Positions 53,439 to 63,135 of a stretch of DNA of 64,000 nt are shown piece by piece; the stretch's first letter is position 1; every line of letters starts with the position of its first letter. The notes beneath the pieces were generated by a model that was given only the letters and a program-made list of their open reading frames with translations, searched no databases and was not told the origin of the DNA. Position numbers and translations under genes: made by a program. The stretch spans positions 448,001 to 512,000 of the forward strand of contig CAVRBU010000002.1 of NCBI GenBank assembly GCA_963719315.1, read 5' to 3'. Source of the stretch: an uncultured Planctomycetota bacterium (lineage in GTDB: Bacteria > Planctomycetota > Planctomycetia > Pirellulales > Lacipirellulaceae).

Positions 53439-54613
53439 ATGTCGAATACCGCTACAAACTTTCCCGAAGATTGTGCCGACGAGGATTTCGCCTCCGGCGG
53501 CGACGGTTGCCTGGCCACGCTTGATGGCGATGTCGCGACGGATTCCGCGGCCGGCGAGTGGACCGGTCCCCGTTGCGAAAAATGCGAAGCGCCGCTGAAG
53601 TCCGGCGTCGTGACGATCTGCCGCAGTTGCGGCTGGTACGCGAGCCTCGGGACTTTCGTCGAACTCGACCCGAGTTGGGAAACCGCGCTAGAAGAGCCGG
53701 TGACAACGACCTCGGCCGAGCCCACATCGCATCTACGCGTCTGGTTCAACCTCATTCCCCGTTGGGGCTGGGTGGTCATCGGCAGCGTTTTCGTGGTAAT
53801 CGCGGAGAGTGTCGTCTCGCGCTTGATAACGCCCTCCGGCAGCACGCTCCGGACTACATGGTCACTCACGCAGTTGGCGTTCGGCGCGGTGACGGTCGTC
53901 GTTTGCCACGTATTCAATTTCCTGAAATTGGCGGCCGATGATGCGGATATCGGCTTGTTGGATCTGCTACTGAAGCCGCTGCGGTTGTGGGCGCGGACTT
54001 GTCAGAATCTGCCCAAGCGGTTGTGGTTCTTCGATGCAGTTGTGTGCGGGTTGACGGCGATCGTCATGTCGCTCGTCGTGATTGGCGGAATTCCCTACGA
54101 ACGCCTGTGGGATTGGGGTTTCCAAGAGCCACCCAAACAAAACTTGATGGGCGCGGTCATGGATCGCGCAAAAAACTCGACAACGGCAGCGATAACTTGG
54201 AGGATGCGATCGGCGATTTCGCCGGCAAGCAAGACCTCGATGGGAACGATGCCACCAAAGCGGAAGCGCCGAAGCCAGAACTGAAGGAAAAAACCGATTG
54301 CGTAATCCTGGGCTATCAACTCGATCGCGACGGGCGGCTGACTTCGCTGCTGTTGGGCAGGGCACACTCCAAAAAGTTGGTGTTTGCGGGCCGCGTGACG
54401 CCGAAGCTCACGGACCAGGAGTCGAACGAGCTAATCGCCGCGCTCAAATCCATCGCGATCAAACAGCCGTTCATTACCATTGCGGCCGAAGACGTGATTT
54501 GGGTAAAACCGAAATTTACGTGCCGCATAACATTCGGCGAACGAATGAAAGACGGCCGGTTGCGTGATGTGCAGTGGGACAAGATGCTCGGCACGATCAA
54601 CGTGAAGCGGTAG
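53439..54613 (+). CDS. Zn-ribbon + TM + DNA-ligase-type OB-fold hypothetical protein; apparent frameshift near 54172
   Basis: CEKC..CRSC; hydrophobic segments; after an A-run the frame continues to DCVILGY..SLLLG..FAGRV..WVKP..DGRLR. Confidence 0.7.
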
Positions 54614-54746
54614 CTGGAGTCGCAGGACTTCAGATCACAGCGGGGCTGGCCGGAACTCTTGCGAATTCCGCTACGCTGGTCCACCAATATTCTTGCGAAT
54701 TCCGCGACGGTGGCGTCTCGGCGGGCTCGCGGCTATGCTCGATTGC

Positions 54747-55526
54747 ATGGCCCGCGAGCCGAACCAATTCGATGAATTGCTCGTACCGTTCGACGTGAAG
54801 GCACGCCCCCTGTCGGTGGATATCGGGCTGTCGCCGCCGCGATTCTTTCCTTCGCCAACGACCACGACGCCCGAGGGGCTGCTCTGCGTGGGTGGTCGGC
54901 TGTCGCCGGAGTGGCTGCTGGACGCCTACGCCCATGGCATCTTTCCCTGGCCGATGTGGGATGACGACCCGATCGCGTGGTGGTCGCCCAATCCGCGAGC
55001 GATCATCGAACTCGGCGGCCTGCATGTTTCACGACGATTGCACAGAACCATGCGAAGCGGCAAGTTTCAGGTTTCGTGCGATCGAGACTTCGAGGGGGTG
55101 ATCCGCGGCTGTGCGACCGCGGGAGACCGCAAGAACAACACGTGGCTGACGCCGAGAATGATCGCGGCGTACTGCGAGATGCATGCCTTGGGGCACGCGC
55201 ATAGCGTGGAAGTTTGGTCTTCGCTCCCTCCCCTTTCCGGAGAGGGCATGTCTTTGGTCGGCGGAACGTATGGCATTGCGATCGGCGCGCTGTTCGCCGC
55301 AGAAAGCATGTTTCACCGCGTGACGGATGCATCGAAAATTGCCGTTGCGCACCTGGTAGCACACCTGCGCGCCCGGCGTTACGAGCTGCTCGACGTTCAA
55401 CAATGGACGCCGCACACCGGACGGCTGGGCGCCGTCGAGATTCCGCGACTGGAATATCTGCGACGGCTGGCGCGAGCCGTAGGTCGGCCCGTTACATTCG
55501 GCGAGCAACTGGCGGACGGGCTGTAA
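54747..55526 (+). CDS. aat: Leucyl/phenylalanyl-tRNA--protein transferase
   Basis: AYAHGIFPW, WWSPNPR, AHSVEVW, FAAESMFH, DASK. Confidence 0.93.
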   Translation: MAREPNQFDELLVPFDVKARPLSVDIGLSPPRFFPSPTTTTPEGLLCVGGRLSPEWLLDAYAHGIFPWPMWDDDPIAWWSPNPRAIIELGGLHVSRRLHRTMRSGKFQVSCDRDFEGVIRGCATAGDRKNNTWLTPRMIAAYCEMHALGHAHSVEVWSSLPPLSGEGMSLVGGTYGIAIGALFAAESMFHRVTDASKIAVAHLVAHLRARRYELLDVQQWTPHTGRLGAVEIPRLEYLRRLARAVGRPVTFGEQLADGL

Positions 55527-56442
55527 TGCGCGAGGGAAACTCCAGCAGGATGCTCACCTGCGCAACGCGTTCGTCGGTCCACCAGGCGTGGAACTCGCGG
55601 ATCGAGTCGGTCAAGCCGCGGTGTTCCGCCTCTGCCAACTCGCGCAGTGTTTCGTGCAATGCTTCATTCCGTGTGGCAGCCGCCCAAGCCCGGCAGCGCT
55701 CGATCGCGGCGACGTGATCTTGAACATTTCCTAGCCGCTCCTGGAGTTCTGCCACGATCGGATAAAACTCCTTCCGCAACTCGGAGCCGAATGCGGAGGC
55801 AACCAGCTCGATGGCGTAGCGAAGCGCCTTTGCGCGGATGCGGAATTGATGCAGGGCGGCGGTGTCCGACAATTCGTTCGGCATGGCGGCAGCGAATTTG
55901 TCGGCGACTTGTGCGAATTGCTTCGCGGCCCAATCGCGAAACAAGGCCGGCGCTTCACCGTTGTCATCGGACTCTTGGGAATCCACAGACTGCAACAGCG
56001 CCGCCGTTTTGCGAATGAAGCGGTCGTTGTTTCGGCACCGATCGGCTATGCGAATGATCGCCGGCTGAACGGCGGCACGATCGCGGGCGATCAATTCGAT
56101 GATCGGAGCCACCGGCTCGCCATAGTCGCGTTCCAATCGGTCGGCCAGCACATCCAGGTCGCGGGCGTCGCCGGCCGCGCGGCGGATTTTACGGAGTCGC
56201 TTCTTGACCCAACGAGCCGGTTTGGGCGACAGGCAAACGTAATAGAGCTTCAATGCCGCCTCGGCCCGGCGGGTGGCCACGCGGAGTCGGTGGACGTGCT
56301 CGATGTCGTGTTCGGCAAGGTAGGCCGCCATCGGCAGCAAATGCGCTACGGCCGAGAGCCGCGGTTCGAGCGAGCGGCGCGCGGCATCCGCGACGGTGCT
56401 ACTCGGCGTGAGGCCATCGATCCATTTGGAGCTTGGAGCCAT
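55492..56442 (-). CDS. CHAD-domain (polyphosphate-binding) protein
   Basis: VHRLRVATRR, ARDLDV, LHQFRIRAKALRYAIE, QERLGNVQD. Confidence 0.88.
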   Translation of the reverse strand: MAPSSKWIDGLTPSSTVADAARRSLEPRLSAVAHLLPMAAYLAEHDIEHVHRLRVATRRAEAALKLYYVCLSPKPARWVKKRLRKIRRAAGDARDLDVLADRLERDYGEPVAPIIELIARDRAAVQPAIIRIADRCRNNDRFIRKTAALLQSVDSQESDDNGEAPALFRDWAAKQFAQVADKFAAAMPNELSDTAALHQFRIRAKALRYAIELVASAFGSELRKEFYPIVAELQERLGNVQDHVAAIERCRAWAAATRNEALHETLRELAEAEHRGLTDSIREFHAWWTDERVAQVSILLEFPSRITARPPVARRM

Positions 56443-56572
56443 GGCAACAAAATCGCGAGGAGGCAACACAACGGATTCAGATCAGGTGGCTGGGGTCAAA
56501 CGCAGTGAGCCCCCAGCGCGCTGAGGGGTCGCTCCACCTCAGCCACCCCCACGGGCCATATCGCATTATGCG

Positions 56573-57484
56573 TTACGCGATCAGCGGTTGTAAGACGCCG
56601 TGGCTGATTCGCAGCGAACGCTGGCGGCCTTCCAGCGTGTCGTGGAAGGCCTCGTCCTCGACTTCCACGCACACTGGGCCGTTGTAGCCGGCGTCGGTGA
56701 GGGCCCCGATCCATTGGCCCCAGGGGACATCGCCCAGGCCCGGGATTTTGGCCGTGCTGCGGGACATCGGCGGCTCCAGGCAGCCAATGTCGTTGAGCCG
56801 GTGGTGATCGATCCGCATGTCCTTGGCATGTGTGTGAAAAATTCGCGGGCCGAATTCGCGAATCGGCGCGACGGGATCTATCATCTGCATCACGAGATGC
56901 GACGGGTCATAATTCAGCCCGAAATTCGGCGACGAGATGACTTCGAACATCCGCCGCCAGATGGCCGGCGAGCGGGCCAGGTTCACGCCGAACGGCCAGG
57001 TCTCTGCATACTGCATCGGGCAATTCTCAATCCCGATATTGATGCTGAGGTCTTCAGCGTAACGGATCGTATCGGGCCAGACCTCTGCGAACAGTTTCAA
57101 GTTATCTTCGAGCGGCTTGTAGCGATTCGCGCCGATAAAACCGTTGACGTTCTTCAACCCCAAAAGCGGCGCGGCATCGATCACTTTGCGAAAGTGGGCG
57201 CGGACCACTTCCGCCTCGTTGGCATCATCGGAAAGCGAGTTGGCGTAATAACCAAGTGCCGAGATTTGCACGCGGTGCTTTTCGCACAGGCTACGGATAT
57301 CGTCGGCTTGCGTTTGCGTGAAGCCAGTTACGTCGATGTGGCACACGCCGCCGTAGGGCCGGTCGACTTTCGCGCTCGGCCAGCACATCACTTCGACGCA
57401 CTGGTAGCCTTCGCTGGCCGCGAAGGTTAACACGTCTTCGAAGGAGAGATCATTGAATATTGCGCTGACGAAGCCGAGTTGCAT
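56573..57484 (-). CDS. Sugar phosphate isomerase/epimerase (xylose-isomerase-like TIM barrel)
   Basis: IENCPM, NYDPSH, HTHAKD, PGLGDV, VEVED. Confidence 0.88.
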   Translation of the reverse strand: MQLGFVSAIFNDLSFEDVLTFAASEGYQCVEVMCWPSAKVDRPYGGVCHIDVTGFTQTQADDIRSLCEKHRVQISALGYYANSLSDDANEAEVVRAHFRKVIDAAPLLGLKNVNGFIGANRYKPLEDNLKLFAEVWPDTIRYAEDLSINIGIENCPMQYAETWPFGVNLARSPAIWRRMFEVISSPNFGLNYDPSHLVMQMIDPVAPIREFGPRIFHTHAKDMRIDHHRLNDIGCLEPPMSRSTAKIPGLGDVPWGQWIGALTDAGYNGPVCVEVEDEAFHDTLEGRQRSLRISHGVLQPLIA

Positions 57485-57596
57485 GATGAATCCATGTTGT
57501 AGGAATTGATTAATCGGCCCAGCGCAGTCGCTTCAGCGCTGCTTGGAATATGCATACAACGCTTCCGCTATTTCAATGCCACACGTCGCCAAAAAA

Positions 57597-58594
57597 TCAA
57601 TCAAAGGGGGAACGTTGAACTGATTTTTCAAATCTACGGATGCCCGTAGCAAGCTGAGCGCGGAACAGAACGTCCGCAGCCTTTTTGCGCCTATGTCGCG
57701 GCCTTTGTTAAGGATATCGTGGACATCCTTGGGATGTCGCGCGAGTTCGGCACGGCGTGCTCGCGGTTCGGCCCAAAACTTCTCGGCTGCGTCCGCAAGA
57801 GCTTTCTTGATTTCGCCGTAGCCAAAACCGCCGCGGCGGTAGAGGGCGGCCATCGTGTCGCGGTCGGCGGCAGACGCCACCAGCGAATACAAATCGTAGA
57901 GCACGTCTCCCACGGGCTCCTTGGCTTCGTCCATCGGCCGGGAGTCGGTCACGATTCGCATGATCTGCTTCCGCTGGACCTTCGCATCTTCGAACACGGC
58001 GAGCGTGTTGTTATAGCTCTTCGACATCTTCTCGCCATCGGTGCCGGGCACGCGGGCCGAGATTTCGAGCACGTGGGCCTTGGGCATCACGAACACATCG
58101 CCGAAGTGGTGATTGAAGCTGCCGGCGAGGTCGCGGCAGACCTCGATGTGCTGCACTTGGTCCTCGCCGACGGGGACCGTGTCGCTGTCGTAGGCCAGGA
58201 TGTCGGCCGCCTGCAGAACAGGGTACGTAAACAGCCCAGCATCGGCCGTTAGTCCCTTCGCCTTCTTATCCTTGTAAGCGTGGCAGCGTTCCAGCAGGCC
58301 CATCGGCGCGCCGGTCATAAGGAGCCAACATAATTCGCTCACCTCGGGCACATCAGATTGCACGAATAGCGTGGCCTTGTTCGGGTCGAGGCCGAGGGCG
58401 AGCAGATCGAGGGCAATGTCGAACGTGTACTGCCGCAGCATGGCCGGCTCGCGAACGGTCGTGAGCGCGTGCAGGTTGGCGATGAAATAAAACGCCTGTT
58501 CGTTATCCTGTAGGGCAATGTACTGGCGGATGGCGCCGAAGTAATTGCCCCAGTGGATCGGGCCGGTGGGTTGGATGCCGCTGAGGACGCGCAT
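57597..58594 (-). CDS. trpS: Tryptophan--tRNA ligase; apparent frameshift near 57700
   Basis: [35 protein letters not shown]; alternate-frame C-terminus [14 protein letters not shown]. Confidence 0.93.
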
Positions 58595-58603
58595 GGTGCG
58601 GAA

Positions 58604-58696
58604 AGACAAGGAGACAAAGAGAGGGGGAGACAAGGAGATTCTTTAAGAACGCCCTGCCTAAGTTTCTCCTTGTCTCCTTGTCTCCTTGTCTCCTTG
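58604..58696. repeat. Octamer GACAAGGA inverted-repeat element (related copy near 14544..14568)
   Basis: GACAAGGAGACAAAGAGAGGGGGAGACAAGGAG...(TCTCCTTG)x4. Confidence 0.8.
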
Positions 58697-59623
58697 ACTA
58701 GTATCCAAACTGCCAACTATGTCGGCAACACAATTCGCCCCCACGCTGGCGAAAGCCCCTGGTAGCGCATCGAGCACTTCCAGAGACGCCCTTGGATTGT
58801 AGAAGTTCACGGTGCCGAGTTGAACCGCGGTAGCGCCGGCGACGAAGAATTCCATCACATCGTCGATCGTGGCGATGCCGCCAATGCCGATGAGGGGCGT
58901 TTTCACGGCTTGGGCGGCCTGATAGACGGCCCGCAAGGCAATCGGCTTGATCGCCGGCCCGCTGAGCCCGCCCAGCACATTGCCGAGCATCGGCCGGCGA
59001 CGCCGCCAGTCGATCGCCATGCCGAGGCAAGTGTTAATCAGCGAAATGGCGTCGGCCCCGCCGGCTTCGGCACCCTTGGCGATGGTTGGGATACTCGTGA
59101 CATTGGGCGTCAGCTTGGCGATGATTGGCGTCGCGGTCGCGCGGCGGCAATCGGCCACAAGGCGCTCGCAGGAACGGGCATCGGTGCCAAAATCGACGCC
59201 CCCCGAAACATTCGGGCAGGAGATATTCAGCTCGACGGCGGAGATGCCCGCGAGGCCAGCGAGCCGAGCGGCCATGGCGACAAATTCCTCGTGCGTGCGA
59301 CCCGCGATACTGACGATGATCGGCACGCCGAGCGAACCGAGGTACGGCAAATGATGAGCGATGAACGCCTCGATACCGTCGTTATCGAGTCCGATCGAAT
59401 TGAGCATGCCGGCGGCCGTTTCAACCGTCCGCCACGGAGGATTTCCGGCGCGAGGCTCCTGCGTGATCGTTTTCGGAAGAATACCGCCGAGCCGGCTGAG
59501 ATCGACCAAGCCTTCCATCTCGCGGGCATAGCCGAACGTGCCAGAAGCGACCAGGATTGGATTCGGCAGCCGAAGGCGGCCAAGCTGGACCGAAAGCTCG
59601 ATATCGGCCGATGGCTGCGGCAT
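58658..59623 (-). CDS. pyrD: Dihydroorotate dehydrogenase (family 1)
   Basis: ASGTFG, MLNSIGL, ELNISCPN, KLTPN, INT, GGLSGPAIKP. Confidence 0.93.
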   Translation of the reverse strand: MPQPSADIELSVQLGRLRLPNPILVASGTFGYAREMEGLVDLSRLGGILPKTITQEPRAGNPPWRTVETAAGMLNSIGLDNDGIEAFIAHHLPYLGSLGVPIIVSIAGRTHEEFVAMAARLAGLAGISAVELNISCPNVSGGVDFGTDARSCERLVADCRRATATPIIAKLTPNVTSIPTIAKGAEAGGADAISLINTCLGMAIDWRRRRPMLGNVLGGLSGPAIKPIALRAVYQAAQAVKTPLIGIGGIATIDDVMEFFVAGATAVQLGTVNFYNPRASLEVLDALPGAFASVGANCVADIVGSLDTSQGDKETRRQGET

Positions 59624-59719
59624 TATGAGGCGACCAGACTTTGAAGGGAATTGCAAACGAGCGCCTGCAAATTTTCAGGGCGCGAGTCGCAATTTTCAAT
59701 CCCCTGTAAGCTCTGACGC

Positions 59720-59938
59720 CTAGATGATCCCGCCATGCGTGCGAATGGGCTTCATGTGGCTTGGCTGATCTAGGAACCAGATGCGTTCCCATTCGTCGAG
59801 GAATGAACGTAGATCCTCAGACGTGAAGATCAGCTCTTGGGCGCGGCGGGCCGGATCGGCCGAATACATCGGAATGAGGCAGCCCGTACCGGTCGCCAGC
59901 CAGGCAGCGGCCACGAACGCCATGAGTACCTTACGCAT
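59720..59938 (-). CDS. Small planctomycete-type lipoprotein
   Basis: Signal peptide with TGC lipobox; WERIWFLDQPSHM..RTHGGI; GGAGGAG RBS. Confidence 0.75.
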   Translation of the reverse strand: MRKVLMAFVAAAWLATGTGCLIPMYSADPARRAQELIFTSEDLRSFLDEWERIWFLDQPSHMKPIRTHGGII

Positions 59939-60220
59939 TCGAACTACTCCTCCCTGAGCATTCATTCCACATTCCGCAGGCACGACGATGCCGTGCGTGA
60001 CCAACGCATTTCGTGCGCTGCCGTGAGCCGCGGTCGGATCCCTCAGTTAATCGGGCGCGTACGCCAACTTAGTCCAGTTTCCAAAAATCCGTCGCGCGGC
60101 GGAAGCATCCTGCCTCCGCCCAGCGAGCGAATTAACCCGCCATGCTTGTGGGCACGGCCAACGAATAGTCTTTGCGCCGTCGCGCGCCGCAGCATTGGAT
60201 CGCGGGAAGTTGCTGCGTGT

Positions 60221-60273
60221 GGTGAAAAGTGTTCGGTGAAAAGTGTTCGGTGAAAAGTGTTCGGTGAAAAGTG
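60221..60273. repeat. 14-bp tandem repeat GGTGAAAAGTGTTC, three full copies plus one partial
   Basis: Contiguous identical units with no spacers. Confidence 0.9.
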
Positions 60274-60420
60274 GGCGGAAGATAGCGATTCGTGCGGGCA
60301 GCGCCGAGATCAACTTTGGGGCCTCAACGCGATTCGCGGAGGCCGCGCCGGCGGCGGGCGGTGACTGTTTTTCTTCTAAGATTGCCGGCGAAGCACAGGC
60401 TGCGGGGCTAGCAGCCGACG

Positions 60421-60780
60421 CTAACCTGTTTGCTGCGAAAGGCTTTCGCCATCCGGCGAGCCGTTGGGTTGCGGATAACCGGCCGCCGCGGCGGCTCGAC
60501 GCTCCATTTCGCGGACCCGTTCTTCCATTTCCTTGCCTGGCTTGAACGTGACCACGAACTTCTCTGGCACAAAGACTTTATCGCCGGTTCGCGGGTTCCG
60601 CGCTTTGCGGGCGGCCCGCCTTTTGACCTCAAAAACGCCGAAATTCCGCAGTTCGATGCGGTGGTCTTCGACCAATGTTTCGACGATGGCATCGAACGTC
60701 TTTTGGACTATTTCCTTCGTCTTAAGTTGAGTCAGACCAATCTCTTCGGAGATGGTTTTGACAATCTCTTTCTTGGTCAC
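60421..60780 (-). CDS. HU/IHF family DNA-binding protein
   Basis: [30 protein letters not shown] start. Confidence 0.93.
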   Translation of the reverse strand: MTKKEIVKTISEEIGLTQLKTKEIVQKTFDAIVETLVEDHRIELRNFGVFEVKRRAARKARNPRTGDKVFVPEKFVVTFKPGKEMEERVREMERRAAAAAGYPQPNGSPDGESLSQQTG

Positions 60781-61191
60781 GTTGGGGTCCCCACAAAGAG
60801 GCGGCCATTTGGGAGAAACCACGCCGTCGGAGTGGCGTATCTCATGCCCCAAGTGTAATTGTGCCAAGCATTAGTGTCAATATCGTGTGTGCTGGCGGCG
60901 ATCGTTCGCAGGCAGACCGGCAACTAAGGAGGAACGGTCGCTCGTTGAGCGATCGTGGTGATAAATGCTGATTGTCAAAGAACTTAGCAGCCGAGGGACA
61001 GGTCCGCGTGGCCGCAATGGCCGGGTAAAACCGCGTAACCAATTTCAGCCTAAGGATTTAGAGCTTCGACGACGGCTGCGCCGCTGAAGCCCACGTCCTC
61101 GCGGAATACATCGTCGTTAGACTCGGCAAACTTTAACTAAACGGCAAAGTTTACCGCAGCGATAGGGGTAGCCGCGTGTCTCTACGAGGTT

Positions 61192-61623
61192 TCAGATTCT
61201 GATGACGGCTTTTTCAGCTTCAATTTGTTCTAGCTGATAAAGCCGCCCCGTGCCGCTGCCAGGGCATACCTCGCAGGTTGCAGCCCAGGCCTCGGGCGTA
61301 CGGATGTTGGAATCCCAGAACGGCCAGGTGCGGCATTGCCGCGGACGAGCCTTGTAGACCGTGCACTTCCGCGTCTTGCTGTCCAAGAACACGCAATCGT
61401 AGTTGGCGTGCTCATGTTCGATGAGGCTTTTTCGCACGCCGATTTCACGGACGTAGCGCGATTCGAACTCGGCTTCGTCCAAACCCACTTCGGCTGCCAG
61501 CGCGGCGATTTCGTCTTTGTTCACCCACACGAAACCCGGCGCCCCGGTGCAACAATCGCCGCAGCCAGTGCATTTGAACCGGAGGCCGTCTTTGTACCAA
61601 GGTTTCGTTTTGTCGTCTGACAT
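61192..61623 (-). CDS. YkgJ-family cysteine-cluster protein
   Basis: CTGCGDCC, CVFLD, CTVYKARPRQCRTWPFW, CPG. Confidence 0.88.
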   Translation of the reverse strand: MSDDKTKPWYKDGLRFKCTGCGDCCTGAPGFVWVNKDEIAALAAEVGLDEAEFESRYVREIGVRKSLIEHEHANYDCVFLDSKTRKCTVYKARPRQCRTWPFWDSNIRTPEAWAATCEVCPGSGTGRLYQLEQIEAEKAVIRI

Positions 61624-61758
61624 TGTCAAAGCAGAAAATGTAGCCACGAAGAAACAAAGGACACAAAGGAGCGAATAATTCAGCAAGTCGGGTTCAAAAC
61701 ATCATAAGCGCTCGATGCACCTTGTTGTCCTTTGTGCCTTTGTGTTTCAATTCCATTC

Positions 61759-62934
61759 TTACTTAGCAGTGGCCAGAGCAACTTCTTGGAGCGCGGCGAT
61801 GGCTTTGTCGATTTCTTTGAGTGTCGTTGTGTGGCCGGGGCTGAACCGCAGTGTGCCGCCGCTGGCGGTCGTGCCTAGAGCGTCGTGCATTCGCGGGGCG
61901 CATTGGAAGCCTGCGCGGGTTTGGATGGAATACGTTGAATCGAGGATCGCGGCCAGCTCCTGCGGGTCATAGCCATCGATCGTCACGCTGACGACGCTGG
62001 TACGGTCGGCGGCGAGTTTTGGGCCGTGAATCGTGACGCCGTCAATTTCTGTTAGCTCGTCGATCAGCCGGTGCGCAAGTCGCGAGTGATGGGCATGAAT
62101 TGTCGCGATGGATTCGGCAAGCAAAAAGTCAGTCGCGGCAGCAAGGCCGGCCAGACCGACCAGATTGTGGTTGCCGGGCTCATACTTTTGCGGGAGGACA
62201 TCGGGCTGGCGATCTTCTTCGCTTTGCGTGCCGGTGCCGCCGTAGCGTAGTGGTTTTACCTCGCGCTCGATGCCGGGCCGGATGTATAGCACACCGGTGC
62301 CCAACGGTCCCAACAATCCTTTGTGGCCCGGAGCGGCGAGCAGATCGGCCTCGATCGTTCTCACGTCGATGGGGACGTGGCCCAGTGATTGGGCCGCATC
62401 CACCAGGAACAAAGCGTCAGTGGCCAGCACGACCCGGCCGATTTCTGCGATTGGTTGAATCGCGCCCGTGACGTTTGACGCGTGGTTCACGGCAACCAGC
62501 CGCGTGTTCGGCCGGATCGCCGTTCGCACATCGTCCGGCGACACAAAGCCTTGGCCATCGCAAGGAACATACGTCACCGTTACGTTGGCCTCCTCGCGCA
62601 TCGCCCGTAATGGGCGGAGTACGGAGTTGTGATCGCAAACCGTTGTGACCACGTGGTCGCCCGGTCGAACGACGCCGCGGATCGCCATGTTCAACATATC
62701 CGAGCAGTTCAGGCCGAAAATGATATGCGACGGCTCATCAGCGCCGATCAATTCGGCGACGCCACGGCGGGCACGCTCGACAATTCGATTGGATTCCTGC
62801 GCTTCGCGGTAACCGCTGCGGCCGTTCGGAGCGCCGATCTCGCGCTGGTAGCGGTCAACGGCGTCGTAGACCGTTTCCGGCTTGGGCCAAGTGGTGGCGG
62901 CGTTGTCGAGGTAGATGCGACGTAGAGCTGACAT
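61759..62934 (-). CDS. Cysteine desulfurase family aminotransferase (class V)
   Basis: YLDNAATT, HNSV, HASNVTG, DAAQ, PGHKGL, RAGFQCAP. Confidence 0.9.
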   Translation of the reverse strand: MSALRRIYLDNAATTWPKPETVYDAVDRYQREIGAPNGRSGYREAQESNRIVERARRGVAELIGADEPSHIIFGLNCSDMLNMAIRGVVRPGDHVVTTVCDHNSVLRPLRAMREEANVTVTYVPCDGQGFVSPDDVRTAIRPNTRLVAVNHASNVTGAIQPIAEIGRVVLATDALFLVDAAQSLGHVPIDVRTIEADLLAAPGHKGLLGPLGTGVLYIRPGIEREVKPLRYGGTGTQSEEDRQPDVLPQKYEPGNHNLVGLAGLAAATDFLLAESIATIHAHHSRLAHRLIDELTEIDGVTIHGPKLAADRTSVVSVTIDGYDPQELAAILDSTYSIQTRAGFQCAPRMHDALGTTASGGTLRFSPGHTTTLKEIDKAIAALQEVALATAK

Positions 62935-62987
62935 AGCACTCGATTATACAATGTTGACTGCGATGGAGCACAGTATCGGAAGAAATC

Positions 62988-63070
62988 GATTTGTCATTCG
63001 GTAATTGGTCATTTGAAATTGGTCATTTCGGAAATGACCAATGACAAATTACAAATTTGCAATGATAAAT
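62988..63070. repeat. Heptamer inverted-repeat element of the same family as 24348..24443
   Basis: ATTTGTCATTCGGTAATTGGTCATTT...AAATGACCAATGACAAAT. Confidence 0.75.
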
Positions 63071-63135
63071 CCGTCACCCGCTGATTTGGTAAATCGCCCG
63101 CTCGGATATGGAATAGGTGTCCGGAACCAAAAACC

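Noticed and set aside
60221..60273. Possible CRISPR array
   Set aside because: 14-bp units are contiguous with no spacers, and there are no cas genes in the window
61040..61190. GGCAAAC-containing hairpin resembling a c-di-GMP-I riboswitch
   Set aside because: Lacks the GAAA tetraloop and the second conserved stem, and lies opposite to the flanking minus-strand genes
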